From contig OZ244226.1 in assembly GCA_965217035.1 (NCBI GenBank), positions 2,586,146 to 2,650,145 of the forward strand: 64,000 nt of DNA, read 5' to 3'. The DNA comes from Bacteriovoracaceae bacterium (GTDB taxonomy: Bacteria > Bdellovibrionota > Bacteriovoracia > Bacteriovoracales > Bacteriovoracaceae). Position 1 is the stretch's first letter; every line of letters starts with the position of its first letter. Positions 30,064 to 39,606 of the stretch are shown here, one piece after another. The position numbers were made by a program, and so were the translations under genes. Below the pieces are notes generated by a model that was given only the letters and a program-made list of their open reading frames with translations, was not told the DNA's origin and did not search any database.

Positions 30064-30833
30064 AAAAGTTACTATTATTACTGCTTACTAGTTCCCAGCT
30101 ATTTGCTGGTCAAGGCAAAGGTGGAGGGGATGTTGTCCTCTGCTACCAATCAGTTGAAGTAAAAGAAAGAGTCAAAACTTCAATTAAAGAACATTCGAGA
30201 AGTTCAACACCTGTCAATCTAATGCTTGATAAACTTGAGGGTGAGGTCCTCATGCTAGAAACATATATGGCCCTAAGACCTGTGGGGTTGTTTGATACTC
30301 AAGTTCTGGAAATTAATAGTTTTAGTGCTTCAGAGGTATATGAAATCATAAAAGATAATGTTAGCGAAAGTTTATACAAATATCTCAGCGAGTCAATTAC
30401 AAAAGATGAGCAATGGAGATCAAGTCCCTACGGTGTTTTAGAAGTACATGATAGTGGATATATCGGGAAAATTGCACCTAACTGTTTAGTTGTACAAGTA
30501 GCTCATTACTTAGATGATATTAATTTAGTTTACTTTGATTCGAGAATAACAAGTCTTATGAATGCACAAGAGCTTCGAACTCTAAAAATTCATGAAGATC
30601 TTTATAGAAGACAAAGATTTTTGTATAAACAATCAGGAAAAAGACTCAAAAGCTCTATGACTTTACGAGAAGCTGTCACTTATTTTATCACAAGAGAGAA
30701 GTTTGATGACGAAGGTATTGTGAAGGTTTTATTTAGTCTTCTCCCTCCAGATAGATATTGGCTCGATTCTCCTTACAAAGATGGAAGACCGGCTTATGGT
30801 TATATGCTCAACTACCGTAACAAGAAAAACTAG
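30060..30833 (+). CDS. Secreted protein with GxGGGD N-terminal motif
   Basis: Leader, then AGQGKGGGDVVLC; NCLVVQVA; IHEDLY. Confidence 0.75.
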   Translation: MKKLLLLLLTSSQLFAGQGKGGGDVVLCYQSVEVKERVKTSIKEHSRSSTPVNLMLDKLEGEVLMLETYMALRPVGLFDTQVLEINSFSASEVYEIIKDNVSESLYKYLSESITKDEQWRSSPYGVLEVHDSGYIGKIAPNCLVVQVAHYLDDINLVYFDSRITSLMNAQELRTLKIHEDLYRRQRFLYKQSGKRLKSSMTLREAVTYFITREKFDDEGIVKVLFSLLPPDRYWLDSPYKDGRPAYGYMLNYRNKKN

Positions 30834-30841
30834 TGATAAGG

Positions 30842-30875
30842 ATGAAAACTATGAAAACTATGAAAACTATGAAAA
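30842..30875 (+). repeat. 9-bp tandem repeat (ATGAAAACT)x3.8
   Basis: Read directly. Confidence 0.9.
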
Positions 30876-31288
30876 AAATTATTACTTCGATGTCGTTACT
30901 ATTCACCATGTCAATACATGCTTATGATACAAAAATAGAGTGTAGAATAAATGAAGGCCGAACGGATGTAATTGAATTAGACCTCGAGCAAGCAATTTAT
31001 GAAAAACAAGCAATTGGGGGAAACTACTACAATGGCTTCTCTGAGTTAACTCAAAAGATCGAGGATGGTGATTATGCTTCTGTTTCACCTGAAGACATTT
31101 CAATAACAGAAGAATACTGCGAAGATTGCTATCTACTAAAAATATCATCATTGTCTAAAAAATATTCTCGCTATCAGATCTTGGCAGAGATTAATTTTGC
31201 AGAAACAGCCCCATTACAAGTATTTCTAAAAATCAAAGAGGCTTATTTTTTCTCTGATACTGAAAAGATTAAAATCCACTGCAACTAA
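30842..31288 (+). CDS. Secreted hypothetical protein
   Basis: (MKT)3 then MKKIITSMSLLFTMSIHA leader; exact start uncertain. Confidence 0.7.
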   Translation: MKTMKTMKTMKKIITSMSLLFTMSIHAYDTKIECRINEGRTDVIELDLEQAIYEKQAIGGNYYNGFSELTQKIEDGDYASVSPEDISITEEYCEDCYLLKISSLSKKYSRYQILAEINFAETAPLQVFLKIKEAYFFSDTEKIKIHCN

Positions 31289-31316
31289 ATTGATATTTTC
31301 AGTTTTTATTTTCATC

Positions 31317-31346
31317 GAAGCACTCATTTTTCATGAGTGCTTCTTT
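31317..31346 (+). terminator. Intrinsic terminator
   Basis: GAAGCACTCAT-loop-ATGAGTGCTTC-TTT. Confidence 0.75.
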
Positions 31347-31396
31347 ATTAGTTAATCACTAACCCAAACCATTCAAGTAAAGCAGTAGTAATTGAA

Positions 31397-31454
31397 GCAA
31401 TCTGACCGTTATTAAATACTCGAAACTACGAACTATGATTTTGGGAACTTCTTT
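31397..31454. repeat. Distant copy of the island repeat core
   Basis: 49/58 identities to 7261-7318 by manual alignment. Confidence 0.85.
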
Positions 31455-31513
31455 GCTGAAGACAAATCTTATCAAGTTTGGGATTATTTCATTTGATTTC
31501 GGAGCTTAAGGAA

Positions 31514-31870
31514 ATGGAAATTTACGATAAAATAAGAAAGTTAGAAATTGAACTTCACTCCAAGGTAGCCAGACAAAGTGAGCAAATTTTAAATGATTTA
31601 ATTGCTAACGATTTTCTTGAGTTTGGGACTAGTGGTAATTCATCTTCAAAAGAAGATATTATTAAACGATTACCTAATTCGGATCATTTAGAAATTGATT
31701 CCTTTGATTTTACGATCAGAAAAATCTCAATTGACGTTATACAAGTGATTTATAAAACAAAGATGGTGATCGAAGACGAAGAGGTAAAGTCTCAACGAAG
31801 TTCATTATGGAAAAATAATAATGGGCAATGGCAGATGATATTTCATCAAAGTAGTAAAATCAGTTCTTAG
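31514..31870 (+). CDS. DUF4440 / NTF2-like protein
   Basis: LIANDFLEFGTSG, RSSLWK, WQMIFHQ. Confidence 0.85.
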   Translation: MEIYDKIRKLEIELHSKVARQSEQILNDLIANDFLEFGTSGNSSSKEDIIKRLPNSDHLEIDSFDFTIRKISIDVIQVIYKTKMVIEDEEVKSQRSSLWKNNNGQWQMIFHQSSKISS

Positions 31871-31889
31871 CGTTAGGAGTTTTTTGTTA

Positions 31890-32585
31890 ATGGATAAGCA
31901 TATATTAGCGATGGGCGGCGGCGGTTTTTCAATGGAGCCAGATAATCTAAAGCTCGATAATTATTTATTGTCTTTAGTAAAGAAAGATAAACCCAAAGTA
32001 TGTTTTATTAGTACTGCCAGTGGTGATTCAAAAGAATACATCGAAAGGTTTTACAATTCCTTTTCGAGTCTTTCATGCGAACCAAGTAACTTGGCTCTAT
32101 ATAGACCTCCAGAAGGAGATCTTCGAGAGTTTGTTATGGATAAAGATATATTTTATGTTGGTGGTGGAAATACTAGAAATCTTCTTGTTTTGTGGAAAGA
32201 ATGGGGCTTAGACTTATTGTTAAAAGAAGCTTGGGAAAAAGGAGCAATCCTCGCAGGTATTAGCGCTGGGTCTATTTGTTGGTTCGATCAAGGATTAACT
32301 GACTCGGTAACAGGAAAGCTACTTCCCTTAAACTGTTTAGGCCTTTTAAAAGGCAGTAACTGCCCTCATTACGACGGAGAAGTAGAAAGAAGACCGTCAT
32401 ACCAGCAATCAATTTTAAGCGGTTCAATGAAAAATGGTATTGCTTGTGATGATGGTGTTGCTGCGCACTTTATAAACGGAGAGCTAAGTAAATTTGTATC
32501 GTCTAGAGAAACAGCAAATGCGTATAGGGTGGAATTAACGAAATCTGGCATATTAGAGACTAAAATAAGGCCAGAGCTTCTGTAA
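31890..32585 (+). CDS. Peptidase E (S51 family)
   Basis: MGGGGFS, YVGGGNT, GISAGSICWF, NCPHY. Confidence 0.9.
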   Translation: MDKHILAMGGGGFSMEPDNLKLDNYLLSLVKKDKPKVCFISTASGDSKEYIERFYNSFSSLSCEPSNLALYRPPEGDLREFVMDKDIFYVGGGNTRNLLVLWKEWGLDLLLKEAWEKGAILAGISAGSICWFDQGLTDSVTGKLLPLNCLGLLKGSNCPHYDGEVERRPSYQQSILSGSMKNGIACDDGVAAHFINGELSKFVSSRETANAYRVELTKSGILETKIRPELL

Positions 32586-32658
32586 AACTTGATCATTCTA
32601 GTGATTTTGTATTGAGGACTTCTTTGTCCCAAGTAAAAGACTCAGACATGAATATTAT

Positions 32659-32685
32659 TTCAGCAACATCAAAATACACCGATAA
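32659..32685 (+). promoter_or_regulatory. Possible sigma28 promoter
   Basis: TTCAG-N14-ACCGATAA, canonical spacing. Confidence 0.45.
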
Positions 32686-32746
32686 GTAAATTGTATTTTA
32701 ATTGCTCTATTCATAAGATTGAATGGAATTTGGTAGCTGAATATTA

Positions 32747-33475
32747 ATGAGATTAATCACTTTATTTTTAATATTTTTTGCAATGAACTTAGAGGCTAAA
32801 AGTCTCCTTGATGAAATTGGTGTTTCAAAGTGTAAAGAGCAAGTGGAAGCAAGGTTGAAGTCGTGGGGATATTTTGATAATTGGCGTAAAAGATTAGATC
32901 AAGATACAAATTTTTTTTACTGGTCTCCCACTAAAGATATTGGAACATGGATAAAAATAAAGAAAGAAAAATTTATACTTCAGATATCGAAAGTCAACTC
33001 CAGTATATCCATTAATAACTTTTTTAATTTAAATAATTGCTCTCAGAGAGTTTCTTATGAAAAAGGAATAAAAGTAAAAAAAGGAGACTTTTCTGATTCA
33101 AATCTTTTAAAGCTTGCAAAAGAGAAAAAAAATATGGTGTTTTATATGTGGTCTCCTCATATGCCTTATTCAGTGAGGGGATTGAAAGAATTATTTGAAT
33201 ACTCAAAAAAAAGTAAAGAGTTCGAATTCATTTTTTTACTAGACCCAAATGCAAATACTAAATTTGCAAAAAAAATACTTAAAAAGAATAAATTGCCAGT
33301 GATTTTTGCAACAAAATTCTATTCTCTTGAGTTAAAGGTTCGGAATGCCTTATTACACTATCCCGGAGTCATATTCATGAAAAATGGAACATTTGTTAGT
33401 GATGTTATCCCTGGATTAAAATCAACGAATGAATACATAAAATTGGCAAGAAGGTTTATTAAGAATGACATATAG
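32747..33475 (+). CDS. Secreted protein with thioredoxin-like C-terminal domain lacking CxxC
   Basis: VFYMWSPHMPYS ... HYPGVIFMKNG ... IPG. Confidence 0.6.
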   Translation: MRLITLFLIFFAMNLEAKSLLDEIGVSKCKEQVEARLKSWGYFDNWRKRLDQDTNFFYWSPTKDIGTWIKIKKEKFILQISKVNSSISINNFFNLNNCSQRVSYEKGIKVKKGDFSDSNLLKLAKEKKNMVFYMWSPHMPYSVRGLKELFEYSKKSKEFEFIFLLDPNANTKFAKKILKKNKLPVIFATKFYSLELKVRNALLHYPGVIFMKNGTFVSDVIPGLKSTNEYIKLARRFIKNDI

Positions 33476-35465
33476 GAGACTTATACTTATATTTCTGAGT
33501 TGGTTCTGTACATCAAGTACATTTGCCTTATCATGTCTAGATAAGAAAATTCCATTAGATGAAATTTGTCCAATGGGAGAATTTTTTCAAAAGCCAGATA
33601 ATCTTCCTCGGAGCAGTGCAATCATACCTCAGCAGCCAAGCTATTTTGCAAAACCTGTTTATAACACTGACTTAGTAGGAGTAATCGGAGAAGGTGGAAA
33701 TTACCTACTTAATGTTAAAACAGGTCAATTTACTCCATTTTCAGGAGATACAGATCCAGTTCCCACTCCAGATGGTAAATTGATTACAGTTCCAAGCTCA
33801 TCAATGCGATTCTTTAAATATAATAAAGAAGACGGTTCTATGAAAATAATTTTTAACGAGACTGACAATCCACATGATTATCAATCTATGGGGATACTCA
33901 AAAAAAACGGGAATAAGACTATATATAGAATGCTTGCTGAAATAGAAAACCCAGAAGATGAAGAAGATTATCATGGGATCTATGATTATGAATATATTGA
34001 AGGAGAGAATGAAAGTTTTAAAAGAATAAATAAAAAGGAAATTTGTCCAAACTTTAAGTCTGATGACTATAGGTTACCCATGATTTCTAAAGATGGCCAA
34101 ATGGTTAGTTTATTTGATCCAACAAGCGGAACAACTAAGATTCTTAAAATAAAAGATAATTTTGAATGTGAAGTCCTCAAAGACCTTGGATTTCCAACAG
34201 GAAAAGTTGAATTTTCCCCCTCTAATAAGAAGATCGCCTTTCATGTGCCCAATTCTTATAGAAAATATCCTGGAGATGACGGTGATTACACAGGAAGCAA
34301 TTCATTTATTATGGATCTTGATACTGACAAAATAACACCAATAAGTAGAAATAATACTGGTAATGCCTATTACCCTTCTTTTTGGAATGATGACGAAACA
34401 GTTATGTATATGAATCAGTCTTCTGTTGATAGACCTGAATTTAAAGACTTTAAGCCTGAAGATTCCCCTTATTCTATACGGACAGTAAAAATCACTGATC
34501 CATTGCAAATCAATGGAAAAGTTTTTACTGAGAGTTGCGATGGAAGCACATTTGATAATAATTTTTATTCAATCGTCGCCTTGGGAAAGCTTTGGTCACA
34601 AGCATGTTTGAAATCAGAGTTCTCTGCCGATGAGAATACAATAAAAGAAACTCTTCCTGGAATTCAGACTACTGCAACTTATGGAGATTTAACATCTGTT
34701 ACATCTGCCTACTTTCGAGCCTTAAGTTTGCAACCAAAACAATGTAAAAAGCTTGTTAATGCTTGCTGGAAGGAATTGGACAAAGATATCAAAGGAGCAA
34801 AAGATGGAGACCCATTTTCATGGCTTCATCATGCAAAAGGACATGTAGAGATCCTTAAATGGCCCGAAGATAGACCTAAACTTAATAAAACTAGTGAATA
34901 TTCTTTTAATCTTTTTTATCCAGTTGACCGTATTGTTGATTTTTCGATTCCAGAAACTCAAGAAAAGAAAAAAAGAAAAGAGGCAGTTTTTGAATCGGAA
35001 GAAAGTGATGGAAAGGTTAAAGTATCTTTTGATCCTTACGAAGATGATGGGGAATTATTTAAAGACTTAGCTCCTCCACCAGAAAAAGGTTTTAGATTCT
35101 TAAGTAAAAAACAGCTATTAGACGCTTGCCCGGATGAAAAGAAGAAAACTTATGGAGCTGAAAAAAAACCTTATAAAAAGAAAAGTCCAAAGAAGAAAGC
35201 CGAAGATGTTCACATTGATCCTAAAAAGGCTTTTGATGATATTACTAAATCAAAATGTATGCAATGTCATGGCAATATATCTTTTGATAATTATGAAAAC
35301 TTGAAACATAGAAAAACTTCTGACGGGAAAGACTTTCTCAAAGAAATGCTCCACCGAGTTAGAGGTGATCAAGGTTATAAAAGAATGCCTCCCAATGGTT
35401 TTCCAAGCGGAGACTCAAGAAAAAAAGAAGCTATGATCAAATACATTGAAGAGCTATTAAATTAG
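33465..35465 (+). CDS. Secreted TolB-like beta-propeller fused to C-terminal c-type cytochrome
   Basis: PTPDGKLI, ISKDGQMV, FSPSNKKIAF, YYPSFW repeats; CMQCH and RMPP. Confidence 0.7.
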   Translation: MTYRRLILIFLSWFCTSSTFALSCLDKKIPLDEICPMGEFFQKPDNLPRSSAIIPQQPSYFAKPVYNTDLVGVIGEGGNYLLNVKTGQFTPFSGDTDPVPTPDGKLITVPSSSMRFFKYNKEDGSMKIIFNETDNPHDYQSMGILKKNGNKTIYRMLAEIENPEDEEDYHGIYDYEYIEGENESFKRINKKEICPNFKSDDYRLPMISKDGQMVSLFDPTSGTTKILKIKDNFECEVLKDLGFPTGKVEFSPSNKKIAFHVPNSYRKYPGDDGDYTGSNSFIMDLDTDKITPISRNNTGNAYYPSFWNDDETVMYMNQSSVDRPEFKDFKPEDSPYSIRTVKITDPLQINGKVFTESCDGSTFDNNFYSIVALGKLWSQACLKSEFSADENTIKETLPGIQTTATYGDLTSVTSAYFRALSLQPKQCKKLVNACWKELDKDIKGAKDGDPFSWLHHAKGHVEILKWPEDRPKLNKTSEYSFNLFYPVDRIVDFSIPETQEKKKRKEAVFESEESDGKVKVSFDPYEDDGELFKDLAPPPEKGFRFLSKKQLLDACPDEKKKTYGAEKKPYKKKSPKKKAEDVHIDPKKAFDDITKSKCMQCHGNISFDNYENLKHRKTSDGKDFLKEMLHRVRGDQGYKRMPPNGFPSGDSRKKEAMIKYIEELLN

Positions 35466-35553
35466 TCAGCAAAAATTAAGATAACGTTCATCCCTGACTA
35501 AAACCTCTGTATTCGGTATGAAAGGCATTCTTTCAGATAAACCTCAAGACTCG

Positions 35554-36318
35554 TTAAAAACTAAAACCAATTGTTCCGATGAGTTCAGAAGTTTCAATTT
35601 CTAAAGGGATGAAACCAGACTTCTCGAAAAGAAGGTCAACTTTTCTATAGAAAAGTTTGAAGACAATGGCCTTTTGATAAGCATAGGCTGGAAACTTCAT
35701 TTGATTGGTATTAGAAGTCGTTGGGAGTTTTACTTTTAATCCGACTGTAAACTCTCTTCGCTTCCCACTATCAGTGAGCAAGGGAAGTTTTAAAAAAGGG
35801 CTAATTTGCATAAACATATCTGTTCCAAAAGGAAGTATTTCAAACTCCGGATAAGCTTGAGCTCCGAAAAGACTACTGAAACCAAAGTCTCCTTCAGTTG
35901 CAATGTCTTGAGTAAAGCCTTCTAAAACAAGACGGACACTAAAATAATCACTGAATGTATAAAAATTAAAACCAAGACCGACATAACCATAAGTGGATTG
36001 GAATTGTTCATTTTCATTTTCTGGTTCCGAGGGGCTGAGTCCATAAATCTGAGCGCCTGCTGTTAAATCGATACCTGGAGCAACAATGTATTGAAGAAAA
36101 GAGAAGTCAACGAAAAGAGCAGTTTGGTCAATATCCTCATCTGAAGTTACTGGAGAGATATCAGTTTCAGTATAATTCATTTTTCCGTAACCAAGATCAA
36201 GATTGAATCTCCAGAGGGGAGGATTGGTAGCAGCTTGTGCCAATGAGGTAAAAAAGAAGAGTATCCAGACGATTTGCAAATTTAACTCCTTCTTTAAGAG
36301 TAATAGAAATTGATTCAT
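35554..36318 (-). CDS. Outer-membrane beta-barrel protein
   Basis: Leader, beta strands, terminal TIGFSF. Confidence 0.65.
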   Translation of the reverse strand: MNQFLLLLKKELNLQIVWILFFFTSLAQAATNPPLWRFNLDLGYGKMNYTETDISPVTSDEDIDQTALFVDFSFLQYIVAPGIDLTAGAQIYGLSPSEPENENEQFQSTYGYVGLGFNFYTFSDYFSVRLVLEGFTQDIATEGDFGFSSLFGAQAYPEFEILPFGTDMFMQISPFLKLPLLTDSGKRREFTVGLKVKLPTTSNTNQMKFPAYAYQKAIVFKLFYRKVDLLFEKSGFIPLEIETSELIGTIGFSF

Positions 36319-36410
36319 TTGTATTTGAGCGATAAAAAATGCCGACTGTTGAGCTCGGTTATCGAGGACGATAGTTGAGCGAAAAAGTATTCAGGCTTGA
36401 GTTAAGAAAT

Positions 36411-36438
36411 TCAAGATGACTAAAAAAAATACCGATTA
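36411..36438 (+). promoter_or_regulatory. Probable sigma28 promoter of flagellin
   Basis: TCAAG-N15-ACCGATTA upstream of flagellin. Confidence 0.5.
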
Positions 36439-36577
36439 AGAGTTTGAGAAGGGACGCCTTTTCGTTAGTTGTGCACAACTTTATGAGGTTTTTTATTGTT
36501 TTAAGGAAAAATGGCGCATTAAAGTAATCACGGACCATCTCAATGGAATGGTTGTGATGTTTTAATGAAATGCAAGT

Positions 36578-37399
36578 ATGCGGATTAACACAAACATCAG
36601 CGCGCTGAGGGCCACGAAGAACGTATCGAGGAACAAGATACGTGTTGGAGATACCCAGCGAAAATTATCTTCAGGGAAGAGAGTTACCCGAGCAGGTGAT
36701 GACGCTGCCGCATTGTCTATTTCCTCTAAGCTAACAGCTCATATCCGAAGTCAACGCCAAGCCATCCGCAATGCCAACGATTCCATTTCTTATTTTCAGA
36801 TAGCAGAAGGAGCTCTTCACGAGATGAGTAGTATGATTACTCGTATGCGTGAACTATCAATTCAATCCGCATCCGATACCATCGGTGATAGTGAACGGAA
36901 GATGCTCGACAAAGAAATGCAGCAATTAAAAACCGAAATCAACCGTTTGAATAGTTCTACTGAAGCTATGGGTAAAAAACTTTTTTCTAGTGAAGGGACC
37001 TTTGATGTCATGGTCGATATTCATAATAAAGAAAGTAGTTTTTTTAAGATTGATCTCTCGAAGTTATCTCAAAATACTCATGCACTAGGGATTTATGATG
37101 CTCACGTTGCATCAAAACTTCAAGCAGGCCATAGTCTTGCAAAACTTGATTATGCCCAAAAACAATTATCAGAATCATTAGCTTACTTAGGTAGTTTTCA
37201 GAACCGCACTGAAGCTACTATAAATAACCTCACGCAAAAAGATGTCGATCTAACCGCTTCGAACTCTCGAATGATCGATGCCGATTATGCACAAGTAACA
37301 GCTGAAAACGTAAAGAGCAAGTTGCTCCTTGAGACATCGACGGGTGTTCTTAAGAGGGCGAATCAAGATGCCGCCATTGCTCTCAAACTCTTAGGATAG
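36578..37399 (+). CDS. fliC: Flagellin (short paralog)
   Basis: MRINTNISA, KLSSGKR..AGDDAA, RNANDSIS..QIAEGAL, SRMIDADYA, ALKLLG. Confidence 0.92.
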   Translation: MRINTNISALRATKNVSRNKIRVGDTQRKLSSGKRVTRAGDDAAALSISSKLTAHIRSQRQAIRNANDSISYFQIAEGALHEMSSMITRMRELSIQSASDTIGDSERKMLDKEMQQLKTEINRLNSSTEAMGKKLFSSEGTFDVMVDIHNKESSFFKIDLSKLSQNTHALGIYDAHVASKLQAGHSLAKLDYAQKQLSESLAYLGSFQNRTEATINNLTQKDVDLTASNSRMIDADYAQVTAENVKSKLLLETSTGVLKRANQDAAIALKLLG

Positions 37400-37488
37400 G
37401 AAGAAAGATGACGTAGAAAAGACATTAAAACAAACTGTGGGACTCAGGTTCTTTTGCCAGAGACTCTTTCAGCATTTAAGCTTGAAGT

Positions 37489-38208
37489 ATGCAAATAGAC
37501 TTACTTCAGCATGAAATGTACATTGAGTTTTTTGGTTCTATCAATTTTTATATTGCTTTAGGGGCGAAAGTTCTAACAGCAATATTTCTAGGACTGATCA
37601 TCGGAATTGATCGAGAGAAAAAATTCAAATCTGCCGGAGTTAAAACTCAAATCATGATCTGTGTAGGTGCGACAATCTACACATCAATAAGCCTTCTTAC
37701 TATGACTCTTTATAGAATAGGGGATAATGTTGACCCTAATCGTCTTACTGCACAAATTGTAAGTGGAATCGGTTTTCTTGGGGCTGGAGCTATCATCCAA
37801 AACAGAGGTTCTGTCGTGGGACTTACAACGGCAGCAACAATTTGGGTTGTTGCTGCTATTGGAATAGCTGTTGGCTCTGGTTATATTTTCTCTGCCACAT
37901 TTTTTACTCTTACTATTATTTTAATTCTAAATCTCATCGAACCTATTATTCGAATTTTTGCGAGAGAACATATCTTTCAATTAGAAGTTCAAGCAAAATC
38001 TAAAGCAGTAAAAGATATCAATCGAATTCTTGAGGATATGGAAGTTGATATTCTTGAGACAGAAGTTTTTGGATCCAATGATGAGTCTGATCGTTGTCAT
38101 TACCATCTGGCAATCCGTTCCAGCAATCGTCGTTTGAGAAAACTTGTGCAATTCATTAGGTCTCATTCAAAAGTTGATACTTTTACCCATAGAGTGGTAA
38201 AACGATAA
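37489..38208 (+). CDS. MgtC/SapB-family membrane protein
   Basis: IGIDRE, AGVKT, DPNRLTAQIVSGIGFLGAG, GLTTAATIW. Confidence 0.92.
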   Translation: MQIDLLQHEMYIEFFGSINFYIALGAKVLTAIFLGLIIGIDREKKFKSAGVKTQIMICVGATIYTSISLLTMTLYRIGDNVDPNRLTAQIVSGIGFLGAGAIIQNRGSVVGLTTAATIWVVAAIGIAVGSGYIFSATFFTLTIILILNLIEPIIRIFAREHIFQLEVQAKSKAVKDINRILEDMEVDILETEVFGSNDESDRCHYHLAIRSSNRRLRKLVQFIRSHSKVDTFTHRVVKR

Positions 38209-38209
38209 T

Positions 38210-38578
38210 ATGTTTGAATCAAAGAATGTTTTTGGTAAGGAACTTATTCCCTGCAGTCATGATCCTAAAACCGGTTTTTTTAGAGATGGATGTTGTAATA
38301 CTTCTCATGAAGATCAGGGGATGCATACCGTTTGTGTGGTTCTTACAGATGACTTTCTGGAGTTCTCAAAGGCAAAGGGGAATGACCTCATAACTCCAAA
38401 TCCTAACTACGGATTTCCTGGTTTAAAAACTGGGGATAAATGGTGTCTTTGTGCTCCTAGATGGGTTGAAGCCTATAAAGAAGGAAAAGCTCCTCAAGTT
38501 GTTTTAGAATCAACTCATGAAGAGACTCTTGCAATTATTCCCCTGGAAGTTTTAAAAGAATTCTCTGTTTCACTTTAA
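38210..38578 (+). CDS. DUF2237 family protein
   Basis: PKTGFFRDGCC, GNDLITP, GDKWCLCAPRW. Confidence 0.9.
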   Translation: MFESKNVFGKELIPCSHDPKTGFFRDGCCNTSHEDQGMHTVCVVLTDDFLEFSKAKGNDLITPNPNYGFPGLKTGDKWCLCAPRWVEAYKEGKAPQVVLESTHEETLAIIPLEVLKEFSVSL

Positions 38579-38705
38579 AACCCTGAATTTTGCCTTTAAT
38601 TATTGTCATCTTTTAGATTTAATACCTTCTTTTGTTTTCGAATTGAGACAAAAGTTTCTAAATGGTAGCTTCGATTATAATTAATTTCTTGGGAGAGGTT
38701 CAATT

Positions 38706-39395
38706 TTGAAAAACGAAATCTTTGTTTTTGGTCTAGGACACCTTGGGAGCTTTCTTTTAAAAGAAAATCAAAAGCATGCGATGTATACTATTCTTGGAAC
38801 TAAAACAAAGAGTGATGATAATGCGATTCCTTATAAGCTAGGAGATGCCCTTCCTCCTGAAATAAAATCCAAATATCGTGCGGTTGTTTTCTCTTTTCCT
38901 CCTCGCGATGGTTATGAAAAATTTCTTATTGAATGTGATAAGTTTTTTGATCCAGAGACTCCTTGGATCTTTATAAGTTCAACATCAGCAGTTGATTATA
39001 ATTTCTTTTTAGCGGGTTTAGAGAAAAAACTCGGCAAACTGGGTCGGAAGCTTACAGTGATAAGACCTGGAGGGCTAGTTGACGACGTACGCAATCCTAA
39101 GAATTTTTTTAAAGACAAGACTTTAAAAGGCTCTGAAACTCCTATAAATCTTGTTCACACTCAGGACGTCGCTAGAGCAGTGCTCCATATTATTAAAAAC
39201 AATCTTTATGGTCATTCGTTTAATCTCGTTTCAGATGATCACCCGACAAAAGCAGAATTTTATGGTAGTCTGATTAAAGACTTAAAAATGGATCCAGAGG
39301 GAAGTGAACCTGAAAGAGTCATAAGTAATGAGAAAATAAAGAAGACGGGGTTTCAGTTTAAATACCCTTATATAAGTGCCTATTTTAGGAGTTAG
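38706..39395 (+). CDS. NAD(P)-binding epimerase/SDR-like protein
   Basis: FGLGHLG, FISSTS, INLVHTQDV, GFQFKYP. Confidence 0.8.
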   Translation: MKNEIFVFGLGHLGSFLLKENQKHAMYTILGTKTKSDDNAIPYKLGDALPPEIKSKYRAVVFSFPPRDGYEKFLIECDKFFDPETPWIFISSTSAVDYNFFLAGLEKKLGKLGRKLTVIRPGGLVDDVRNPKNFFKDKTLKGSETPINLVHTQDVARAVLHIIKNNLYGHSFNLVSDDHPTKAEFYGSLIKDLKMDPEGSEPERVISNEKIKKTGFQFKYPYISAYFRS

Positions 39396-39396
39396 A

Positions 39397-39606
39397 ATGG
39401 CCAAGTGTAAGTACTGTGGAAAAGAAATTATGTGGACCAAAGAGGGGAGGAAAAATGTCCCTGTTGAGATGGATGGAGGAGTTCATCGTTGTGATGAAAT
39501 GATGAATACGATGAAGTCTGCAAAAACAATGAGTCGCGAAGAAATTCCGGACGATATTATCAAGCAGTATGAAGAAAATATGCGAAAACAAAGGCAAAAG
39601 AAATAA
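39397..39606 (+). CDS. Small putative zinc-binding protein
   Basis: MAKCKYCG...HRC with AGGAG RBS. Confidence 0.75.
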   Translation: MAKCKYCGKEIMWTKEGRKNVPVEMDGGVHRCDEMMNTMKSAKTMSREEIPDDIIKQYEENMRKQRQKK

